A stretch of DNA of 63,049 bases, the filler included, from Octopus bimaculoides (taxonomy: Eukaryota): NCBI RefSeq assembly GCF_001194135.2. It is 7 parts of 7 records of this genome, joined end to end, with 100 filler letters (N's around TTAATTAATTAA, not from the genome) between each part and the next. Parts side by side here need not be neighbours in the genome. Positions count along the whole stretch, not along the records: positions 43,432 to 54,731 come from NC_068993.1; positions 54,832 to 57,946 come from NC_068990.1; positions 58,047 to 61,001 come from NW_026388210.1; positions 61,102 to 63,049 come from NC_069008.1; 3 more parts are not named here. One strand, written 5' to 3'. The notes below the pieces were generated by a model. The model made no database searches and had not been told where the DNA came from. It saw nothing but the letters and a program-made list of their open reading frames with translations. Position 1 is the first letter of the stretch. Every line of letters starts with the position of its first letter. Shown in pieces: positions 53,920 through 63,049 of this stretch. The position numbers were made by a program, and so were the translations under genes.

Positions 53920-54600
53920 CGAACAGGTTGTTGTGGACAACAACAGAGTCACAGGTAGATTCGCATCTAGTACTGTTGGGGACCACCAGCCTCCTCTTCA
54001 ACGCGTCCAGAATACTGTCTTCCGCCACTGTGCTACTGCTCTGCAGATTTCACAGCCGCTGTGCCTTGGACATGGCCTTCCTGTAGGCTGACTTGAACGT
54101 AGCACTGTCAAGAGTCTTGTTGGCATCCATGCTGGCTACCAAGTTGAAGGTATGGGCTGCGCACTTCATGTGCACTGGCAGGTCTAGGCCCAGGCAGTTG
54201 GACACGTCAAGGATGGCATGAACAGAAATGTACACTAATTCGTCAAATACCCAGCTTCGGGATCCACGTCCAGGCTCACATACTCGATGCCTTCCACATT
54301 CGGATAGGCAGCAGCCTCAGGAATGTCTGGCAAGAGATCAACCTCTCTACCAAACTGCACAAATGTCTTAACACACGTTTTGCCACAGTCTCTCATGGTC
54401 CTGGTCACCTTGTCTTGCAGATGGAACTTGTATTGGGTAACCACCATGGATTGGGCGAGAACATCAAAGATGTGATGTCCTCTAAGTCGAGAGCAAGACA
54501 GGGTGTGTTGTATTGGGAGCCAGCCAGTGTACTGTCATCTCTAGGTAGGACCTGTTGTGAGCCGACCAAGAGACCGCGGTGCCCACCACCTAGAGGACAT
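53920..54600 (-). mobile_element. hAT (Ac-like) transposase catalytic-domain fragment, GC-rich
   Basis: DSWSAHNRSYLEMTVHW (first catalytic Asp), QYKFHLQDKVTRTMRDCGKTCVK, HMKCAAHTFNLVAS (CxxH), RRLVVPNSTRC (usually TRWNS); several frameshifts. Confidence 0.88.
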
Positions 54601-54680
54601 CGTTGAGCAATTTATAATTAATAAATGTTAAACTGTAAGAGACATAAGTTGTAAAGTTAACCTTAAATTATACATACATG

Positions 54681-54712
<32 letters not shown>

Positions 54713-54862
54713 TATATATAAATATATATATNNNNNNNNNNNNNNNNNNNNNNNNNNNNNNNNNNNNNNNNNNNNTTAATTAATTAANNNNNNNNNNNNN
54801 NNNNNNNNNNNNNNNNNNNNNNNNNNNNNNNGGGGTCACCACTTTAGTAGAAAGTGGGTTAT

Positions 54863-54907
54863 TGCAGCTCAGCGGGCTGCGTGATCGAATCACGTCGGGG
54901 GTCACCA
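54863..54907 (+). pseudogene. tRNA-Trp 3'-half-derived sequence with encoded CCA; its 3' 19 nt form the PBS of the adjacent minus-strand LTR
   Basis: TGCAGCTCAGCGGGCTGCGTGATCGAATCACGTCGGGGGTCACCA versus metazoan tRNA-Trp(CCA) recalled as ...TCCAGATCAGAAGG(T/C)TGCGTGTTC(A/G)AATCACGTCGGGGTCA+CCA: 5-7 mismatches and one extra G. Confidence 0.75.
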
Positions 54908-54908
54908 G

Positions 54909-55278
54909 TATAGTAGAAAGTGGATTATACATCTTTAGATGTATACCTGACTTTCCTACTATAAAATTAAAGAATACAACGGGAGGCTGAACTGCAGACT
55001 ATCAACTTAAACAACATTTATTCAGGTGGTAAATATATACATCTTTAGTTCTTGTTGTTACAGCTTCTGTTGTTAGGACGTTGTTATGTAGGTGTGAGCG
55101 AGCTGTCGAGCGTAAGTCCGAAAGATGTAGAGAGACAGCTTAACACGTAAAGAGGCTGTCTCCAGAGTTCGAATGTTAGAGACACGTCCATTGCTCTATG
55201 CTGGCCAGCAAGAAAGAGAATGAATTGAGCGGGAACGCTTGGTTGTTTAATTCTACGCATGCGCACGGCGTTACTACA
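54909..55278 (-). mobile_element. 5' LTR (370 bp) of a Gypsy-type element; internal region lost at the scaffold join
   Basis: The minus strand begins TGTAGTA (55278) and ends TACTATA (54909); AATAAA at about 55017-55022; followed after 1 nt by the tRNA-Trp PBS TGGTGACCCCCGACGTGAT. Confidence 0.8.
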
Positions 55279-55449
55279 AGCAATTAGAATCTCAAGGCAA
55301 AATGAATAGAGACCATCGGTCACTGATTTGCAACAAGCAAAGTAATTAGTTGTAAAATCTTAAGAAGAGATGACAATTGTAACTATACTAACAAGTAAAG
55401 TTAAGTTAGCATAGAACAGCCACTTGGATGTAGCAATTAACTTCACTTG

Positions 55450-55670
55450 TTAGTTACGGCCATGTCGGGGCATCGCATTGGAGTGTTTGGGTCGCACGAA
55501 TCAACACCAATACAATCAAAGTTTGTATTTTTGCTTTTGCTTTTTCAAGCTTGGTACCTATTGCATCAACCTCTCTTATGTTAAAGCGCTAGTTTACGGG
55601 AATGTAAACAAACCAGCACCGGTTGTCAAGCAGTGGTGAGGGACAAACACAAATACAAAGACACAAACGT
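55450..55670 (-). mobile_element. SINE family C 3' part, degenerate
   Basis: ggccatgtcggggcatcgc...ttacgggaatgtaaacaaaccagcaccggttgtcaagcagtggtgagggacaaacac. Confidence 0.7.
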
Positions 55671-56169
55671 GTGTGTGTGAAATTTTTGGGCCTGTATATA
55701 TATATATATATATATATATAAGAATGAGATAAAGAGAACAATGGCATAAGTAAATTTATATTTTATGTAGAATGTCTTACACTTGTTTCAGGGAAAATTC
55801 AATGTATCCCTTCATCGGAGACGGTAATAGTAAAAGAATGGATTATTACATCTATCTGAGATTTTCAGTAAGAAATGAGAGCGGTGTGGAGAAGAAAAAG
55901 TACTTGGAGTATAGTTCTATTCGAACGGTAAATATCCATGTATAGAATCTGTGTGGGTATTTTCCAGTGATGTTTATAGTTGCAATGGTGGATATATATC
56001 ATATCGTATCCAGTTTACTCTGTGCGTTGTTTACTTAAAGGACAGTCCGAAGTGACTCTCATTCCCGAGCGTCAAACTAATATATCCTTTTGTTGTTTAC
56101 ACCATCTATCCTCGTCTGTTGTTGTTTTTTTTTTTCGTACATTCTCCTATATATATATACACACACACA

Positions 56170-56660
56170 TACATACATACAAAGGGCTTCTTTCATTTTC
56201 TGTTTACTAAATGCATTCACAAGGCTTTGTACTAACGATTCTGCCAGCTCGCCACTTTACACAGGGGTTTGATATTAACACTCGCTAAATTCCGCCAAGG
56301 TCGACTTTGCCTTTTATCTTTTCGGGGTCGACGAAATAAGTACCAGTTAAAAACTGAGATCCATGTAATCGACTTCCTTCCTCCCACGAAATTGTTAGCC
56401 TTGTGTCAAAATTTGAAACCAATATTAACACTCCATTAAGACAGCGAGCTGGTAGAATTGTTAGCACACTGGGCAAAATGCTTAGCGACATTTCGTCTGT
56501 TTTACGCCCTGAGTTCAAATTCCACCGAAGTCGACTTTGTCTTTCATCATTTCGGGGTCAATAAAATAAGTACCAGTTGAATGCTGAAGTCGATGTAATC
56601 GACCTACTCCCTCTCCCGAAATTATTGGCCTTGTACCAAAATTTGACAGCAATATTAACA
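56170..56660. mobile_element. SINE pile-up: family C fragment (-), family A head (-), family A 3' half (+) and full family A (+)
   Basis: Units are separated by recurring atattaaca(ctc) at about 56272, 56422 and 56652. Confidence 0.8.
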
Positions 56661-57229
56661 GTCTCTCGTCCCCCACGCTTTTAATTCACCCTTATCTGTT
56701 TCCATCCTGCCGCTAGCTAAAAGTGGAAAATCCAAGGGACATAATCTATCAAGACAGTGCAAACCTAACCAAGCAGACCTACAATCAAAAGCATTCCGTG
56801 CATGTGGCGCCATGTAAATATTTATTCATCCATAAACTTATATACAAAGAGAATTGATGTATAAATATCAAAGAATAAATCCACTGTATTTATTAATAGC
56901 TCAATTAATAACAAATCGTTAAAATCTTACATTTTAGTAAATCAAAGTGAAACCGATTTGCATCTATATACACAATTAGCTAAAATATCGTTAAGCTGAT
57001 AAGAATTTTAACATTTTCCCCTTAGTTGGTTAGAAACGTTTTTCTTTTTAATCTAACAAAGTCATTGAATAATGTAAGACATAAATCAGATATGGTTTAT
57101 GTGTACTGAGGAAAGACATATAAGATGTTGTGACTTCCCCACATAAATGCCGACGTAATATTTTTATAAGATTGCGCTAACAGTCAATGATAATTTAGTT
57201 TGTTTTCAATATTTTACCATTATTAATAA

Positions 57230-57445
57230 AGGTGGCGAGCAGGCAGATCAGTTAACACGCCGGGCAAAATGCTTAGCGGCATTTCATCCGTCTTTACGTT
57301 CTGAGTTCAAATTCTGCCGAGATCGACTTTGCTTTTCATCTTTTTGGGGTCGATAAAATAAGTATCAGTCGAGCACTGAGATTGACGTCACTGACTAATG
57401 CCCTCTCCCTAAAATTGATGGCTTTCTGCCAAAATTTGAAGCAAT
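57230..57445 (+). mobile_element. SINE family A, full length
   Basis: aaggtggcgagcaggcagatcagttaacacgccgggcaaaatgcttagcgg...aaaatttgaagc. Confidence 0.9.
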
Positions 57446-57766
57446 CAGTAATAGTTATTCTAGCAGTGATGCCAAATCTTATATTATAAACGAGAAGCTG
57501 ATCTCTATCTGTCAATCTGTCTGTCCATCACAACATCTATTAGAGCAAGGGAAGAAGGGGAGGAATCAAAAGGAGAGATATCCCCTGTTACAACATATAT
57601 TTAGAAGTGGAGGAAAGAAATAGAATGAGTGAGAGAGTGAGGGGTGAAAGATAGATAGATAGATAGTGTTGTCACCATAGGACCAAACACATTTTGGTTA
57701 AAAACGCAGGAATTTTAAGTGCAAGTCTGTGAACACAATGCAGCAAACTTTCAAAAACTAACTGCA

Positions 57767-57925
57767 GGAGTGGCTATGTGGTAAGAAGCTTGCTTCCCAA
57801 CCATATGGTTCCGGGCTCAATTACACTGCGTGGCATTTTGGTCAAGTGTCTTTTACTATAGCCTCCGGGCGACCAAACACTTGTGAGTGGATTTGGTAGA
57901 CGGAAGCTGAAAGAAGCCCGTCATG
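57767..57925 (+). mobile_element. SINE family C 5' half
   Basis: ggagtggctatgtggtaagaagcttgcttcccaacc...gtgagtggatttggtagacggaagctgaaagaagcccgtc, then microsatellite and gap. Confidence 0.9.
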
Positions 57926-58349
57926 TGTGTGTATATATATATATATNNNNNNNNNNNNNNNNNNNNNNNNNNNNNNNNNNNNNNNNNNNNTTAATTAATT
58001 AANNNNNNNNNNNNNNNNNNNNNNNNNNNNNNNNNNNNNNNNNNNNAATACGGGTGACTAGGCTATAGCCAACACTGCCAGATATTTTGAGCATCGAGGG
58101 ATTTTCTATGCACTCACCGAGCATACGAGGAAAAGCCTTCTAATCTCCTTGAAACCATTATCTAATGTCTTAAAAATAAATGGAAGCACACACCAAACGA
58201 TAAGGTAGTCCAAGATACATTATGTCAGGTAAAAGGAAACGAAGTGTCAAGGCTGGAATTCCTGTGTTCATAGATATGCTCACTCGGGGGCCAAAGACAA
58301 CACTAACATTATTATTATTTTTAATGACAACTACAACAGGAAGGACAAA

Positions 58350-58531
58350 GGCAGAATAACATGGCTAGGGGTGGGCAAGTGGGGCGGTCCATCCAGGTGA
58401 CACTTTAATGGAGGAAGCATTTTTGAGTCTACTGTATATTTCTGTATCGGCTTGTTGAGGTACGGGGGCTGGAGGTGGTGGCGGAGAACTCGAGGGTTGC
58501 CTTGGGCGGCACACACTCTAGCTATGCCACT
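58350..58531. mobile_element. Probable hAT-type MITE remnant
   Basis: The right end ctagctatgccactg and degenerate left end (catggctaggggtggg...ggggcgg..caggtgacac) resemble CAGTGGCGTAGCTAG-type MITEs. Confidence 0.4.
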
Positions 58532-58679
58532 GCAGTGGCACCATCGACAACAACAGTAACAACACCAAAATAACAAACAACAACTATTAACGTCATTACT
58601 AACAACATCAACACCAGCGACTACTATACTACCACCACCACCATTATTACTACTACTATTTTAATAAATCCTTTAGTCA

Positions 58680-58825
58680 CAACCTGATATTCTGAGAGAG
58701 GGAGCTTGATGATTACATTGACCCAAGCATTCAACTGGTACTTATTTTATCGACCCCAAAAGGATGAAAGGCAAAGTCGACCTCAGCGGAATTTGAAATC
58801 AGAACGTAAAGATGAACAAATGATT
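58680..58825 (-). mobile_element. SINE family A, 5'-truncated
   Basis: attacattgacccaagcattcaactggtacttattttatcgaccccaaaaggatgaaaggcaaagtcgacctcagcggaatttgaa. Confidence 0.85.
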
Positions 58826-59863
58826 AATCAAATATTAATTAGCATTTTTCATTTGTTACATCCAGTAAATTAGCATACACTTAACTATATGTTCATCTTG
58901 CAGAAGGTTTCCCTGGAAAGCTTCCTCCTGTCTTTTTATGTCGTTTCTTTGTATTGCATATCCACGATAACCACTTGAATTACAAAATAATTTACAAAAA
59001 TGTTTAAATCAGGTGTGAATAAAATATACAAAGCTATTAAACTAAATCGATACAGAATAATAACAACAAGAGCAACAAGAATAAATTTTTAAAATACAGA
59101 CCCAATGTAAAGAATTTTTTTTTTAAATGCTGTTCACTTCGCAACATGAAGTTATTACATAATAGGCATAACGAAATTTATCCACGAAACTGAATGCAAG
59201 AAAGTATAAAGGTGTGTTTGTGTTTATATGTGTGGGTGTATGTGTGGTGGGGTGGGATGGGGTGTGGTGGGGTGGCGAGATAGATAGATAGATAGACAGA
59301 CAGATAGATAGATAGATAGATAGATATGAACAATAAGGCTGTGGGAAAATGATTCAGAGGAAACGTTTCTGCNNNNNNNNNNNNNNNNNNNNNNNNNNNN
59401 NNNNNNNNNNNNNNNNNNNNNNNNNNNNNNNNNNNNNNNNNNNNNNNNNNNNNNNNNNNNNNNNNNNNNNNNNNNNNNNNNNNNNNNNNNNNNNNNNNNN
59501 NNNNNNNNNNNNNNNNNNNNNNNNNNNNNNNNNNNNNNNNNNNNNNNNNNNNNNNNNNNNNNNNNNNNNNNNNNNNNNNNNNNNNNNNNNNNNNNNNNNN
59601 NNNNNNNNNNNNNNNNNNNNNNNNNNNNNNNNNNNNNNNNNNNNNNNNNNNNNNNNNNNNNNNNNNNNNNNNNNNNNNNNNNNNNNNNNNNNNNNNNNNN
59701 NNNNNNNNNNNNNNNNNNNNNNNNNNNNNNNNNNNNNNNNNNNNNNNNNNNNNNNNNNNNNNNNNNNNNNNNNNNNNNNNNNNNNNNNNNNNNNNNNNNN
59801 NNNNNNNNNNNNNNNNNNNNNNNNNNNNNNNNNNNNNNNNNNNNNNNNNNNNNNNNNNNNNNN

Positions 59864-60285
59864 TGAGTGTGGTCGTTGCCAGGGCCGCAGATTGGCTCCT
59901 GTGCCAGTGACACGTGAAAAGCACCATTCGATCGTGATCGTTCCCAGCATTGCCCTACCAGCACATGTGCCGGTGGCATGTGAAAAACAACATTCAAGCG
60001 TGGTTGTTGCCAGTGCCACTAGACTGTCTCCCATGCAGGTAGCACGTAAAACCCCCTTTTGAGCGTGGTCGTTGCCAGAACCGCCTGACCGGCCCTTGTG
60101 CCGGTGGCACATAAAAGCACCCACTACACTCTCGGAGTGGTTGGTGTTAGGAAGGACATCAAGCTGCAGAAACTCTGCCAGATCAGATTGGAGCCTGGTG
60201 CAGCCATCTGGTTTGCCAGTTCTCAATCAAACCTTCCAACCCATGCCAGCATGGAAAGCAGACATTAAACAATGATGATGATGAC
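59864..60285 (+). mobile_element. Retroposon (SINE-like) with internal tandem modules of about 60-70 bp and a (GAT)n tail
   Basis: The module gagcgtggtcgttgccag...gtgccggtggcacgtaaaa is repeated about four times, then ggttggtgttaggaaggacatc...ccatgccagcatggaaagcagacattaaacaatgatgatgatga. Confidence 0.75.
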
Positions 60286-60968
60286 ACACACATATACTCA
60301 TGCATAAATATATACTCCACATTGGTGCTCCAGCATGACCACAGCTGCATGGCTGAAACGAATAAAAGAATATATATATATATACACACACATTCATGAC
60401 GACTCGTTATAATGTTTGACGAACTTTTGCGGTTCTGTCATCTTTCCTCTTAAGATGTAGTTCCTTCCTGTCTTGGACCCCCATGCATGATAAACACATA
60501 CATAAGGGTGGCAAGACCAAGGTTCCTCTTCCACCTTTACATTAGAGCTCTTCAAAGAAGGATGCAGTTGTGTGGGCGACTGGAAGTTCACAACTACCCC
60601 TAAATGCCCACCATTTTCTGTGCACCCACGCAAGCAAGAAAACTACAGAAATGAAGGTTTTTTACATTGTGAGAGATGAGCCAACATGTGGTACTTCGAT
60701 TGCCAAACCGAAAGTCTGTTCAATGTTTTGTGGTTCCAAGAACTTCGACTCATGCGTTGAAGTAAACTAAAAGAAAAAGGATAAATCTAATGGAACTCAA
60801 CGTGTTAAAAGAAGAAATTTAAATAGGGTTTTGGTTTTTAAATGTCTGAAATTCTTAAACTGGCAGCAAGCCAAGAAAAATATTCAAAAAATAATGAAAA
60901 ACATGAACAGAGGCATCAAACCCCACGTTTCAAGTATCCTTGTCACATGTGTATTTATATACATATCA

Positions 60969-61001
<33 letters not shown>

Positions 61002-61689
61002 NNNNNNNNNNNNNNNNNNNNNNNNNNNNNNNNNNNNNNNNNNNNTTAATTAATTAANNNNNNNNNNNNNNNNNNNNNNNNNNNNNNNNNNNNNNNNNNN
61101 NACGAAGAATTCACCCCTAAATGGGGGAAATCTCGCCTAACCGACTAGCTCCGCAAGAACCTAGTCGGCTTGGCTACAACAATATATAAAATTTAAAACA
61201 GATTTCAAAAGATTTCCGGGTAAAAACGGCAACAACTTACAGAGCTTCGGGAGACACGTCCATCCGCTTGAACAATAATAAATAATAATAATAATAATAA
61301 TAATCTTACAATAATTCTGCTTGTCGGTAATGCTTTCACGCGATTAGAGAAAAAGAAGGAAAAAGAAAAAGAGGGAGAAAAGTGGAAGAGAGAAGCGTCC
61401 ATGACATGAGGGAGAGGAAATGTAATTGTGAGCTTTCAGGTGATTAGTTGAAGGGGAATAGAAGAGAAAGAAAAAGGAGAGAGAAAAAGAGAATACAGGA
61501 AGAGTGAGACAGAAAGAGGAAAAAAGAAAAGGAGGGGAGAGAAGCATCCATAACGTGAGGTAGGGAGAACATAATATTTATTATGTGGTTAAAAGAGTTA
61601 GTTGAGCGTAGAGGAGGAGCGTTAGAAATATAATTTTAGCAGAGGGGTGATGTTCTGATGGTGAGGTTAAAGAAAGGCACTAACTGGTG

Positions 61690-61860
61690 TTAGTGTGTTT
61701 ATGTCCACGTAACGTAGCAGTTCGACAAAGAGACCGGTAGAATAAGTGCCAGGCTTTACAAGCTAATAACAAGTGCTGGGATCGATTCATTCAACTAAAA
61801 TTCTCTAAGGTGGTGCCCCAGTATGGCTGCAGTCTAATGAATAAAACAAATAAGATAGAA
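61690..61860 (+). mobile_element. SINE family C 3' part
   Basis: gtttatgtccacgtaacgtagcagttcgacaaagagaccggtagaataagt...ggtggtgccccagtatggctgcagtctaatga. Confidence 0.85.
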
Positions 61861-61904
61861 GATATATATATATGTATGTATATATATGTGTGTGTGCGTG
61901 TGCG

Positions 61905-61969
<65 letters not shown>

Positions 61970-62230
61970 GTATGCGTGTACATTTTTACATACAGATACA
62001 TTCATACATTGATAATTGTATACACCACATGCACATCTAGGCGTATGCACCTATGCACACGCCTATATACATTCACATGCATGCATCCACACACACGTAT
62101 GCACATAGATAAATGCATATGATCATAGCTACATACATAAGTACACATATGTACACACATACAAATACAGTCTCCGTTCGTACGTGTATTAGACCATATC
62201 CAGAAAGTTTGCTGCAAACATTTTTGCCCC

Positions 62231-62404
62231 AGGAAAATTCGCCTCAGAAAGTTCACCGCATAGGAAATTTTGCCATAGGAAAGTTCGCCACATAGGAAAG
62301 TTCACCGCATAGGAAATTTTGCCATAGGAAAGTTCCGCCACATAGGAAAGTTCACCGCATAGGAAATTTTGCCATAGGAAGTTCGCCACATAGGAAATTT
62401 CACT
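62231..62404. repeat. Array of eleven 13-18 bp AGGAAA-units organised as a 3-unit (about 49 bp) higher-order repeat
   Basis: aggaaagttcaccgcat / aggaaattttgccat / aggaaagttcgccacat repeated three times. Confidence 0.92.
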
Positions 62405-62799
62405 AAAAAAAGAGATGAAATACTCTCTTGGTGTACAATTGTTTCAACCAACCTATCTCTTATATTATTAGAGAAACCAATAGGGAGGGGTAAAGTAATT
62501 TCTTAACTTATTAAAATTTCTTTATTCAGTCGACAAAATACTTTTGGGGGATCTTTGTGGTTATCGCCACTGCATGTGGAAATCTTTAAAAAAAAATTTT
62601 TTAATGTATCATACAGATGTAAGTTTTGACGCTGAATCCGAATTTATTATTCATTTATTCCAGAAAAATTTTGCGAAAATGTTACAGGTGTTCAAAGTTT
62701 GATAATTTTCAGAATTTTCAGGCAACCAGAATACAGCACGTTCATTGCCTCTTCCATCATCTGTCACAGTAGCGAGAAAGGAGGCGGGGGCACCGGCAT

Positions 62800-63049
62800 G
62801 TCAAAACATTAAACTAGCTACAGTAAACAGTGAAAAACATAAAAAAATTCGCGAGCAAATTTGATATTTAAAAGCTACGAGCAAAGCAACAGGAGTTGCT
62901 AGAAATAACTGTCAAAACATTAAAATATACACGAGCAAAGTAAACAGTGAAAATCTTTAAAACATTCACGAGCAAATTAAATATTCAAAAGCTACGAGGA
63001 GACCAACGGGAGTTCTAGAAAATAAGTTAAAACATTGCTTAAAACAGAC
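62800..63049. repeat. Imperfect tandem duplication of about 120 bp running off the window edge
   Basis: gtaaacagtgaaaa...cgagcaaatt..atatt.aaaagctacgag...ggagtt.ctagaaa.taa..tcaaaacatt occurs twice. Confidence 0.7.

Noticed and set aside
60400-60780. Minus-strand exon candidate (FSCLRGCTENGG...WSCHPY) or Tc1 remnant
   Set aside because: No recognisable motif, and splice signals no better than the many pseudo-exons in the window.
62231-62404. CRISPR-like repeat-spacer appearance
   Set aside because: Units are 13-18 bp with no unique spacers, there are no cas genes, and the context is eukaryotic.

Overview
AT-rich eukaryotic, repeat-dominated genomic DNA. The SINE families, LINE remnants and (TA)/(CA)/(TATG)/(AAT) microsatellites closely resemble octopus (cephalopod) genomes; the taxon is inferred, not shown. 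I could not confidently identify any host protein-coding gene, rRNA, intact tRNA or CRISPR array. Most ORFs in the track are microsatellite or N-gap artefacts, or pieces of dead transposons. Recognisable content: a near full-length Penelope-like element with pseudo-LTR-like direct repeats plus two more Penelope fragments; five R4/Dong-clade (RLE) LINE remnants, three stacked head-to-tail in (TAA)n arrays; several RTE fragments and one CR1 fragment; Gypsy remnants (integrase+PPT+LTR, an RT-deleted copy, and a 5' LTR with a tRNA-Trp PBS); a DD37D (maT) mariner remnant; a GC-rich hAT transposase fragment; several MITEs and one foldback element; about 20 SINE copies of three to four families; and six artificial N44-TTAATTAATTAA-N44 joins. 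The most unusual observation is at 54832-54927: a roughly 45-nt copy of the 3' half of mature tRNA-Trp (anticodon to CCA) sits between two LTR-end/PBS junctions repeated with a 66-bp period. Candidate promoter and exon signals are reported at low confidence only. All alignments and translations were done by eye and no database was searched.
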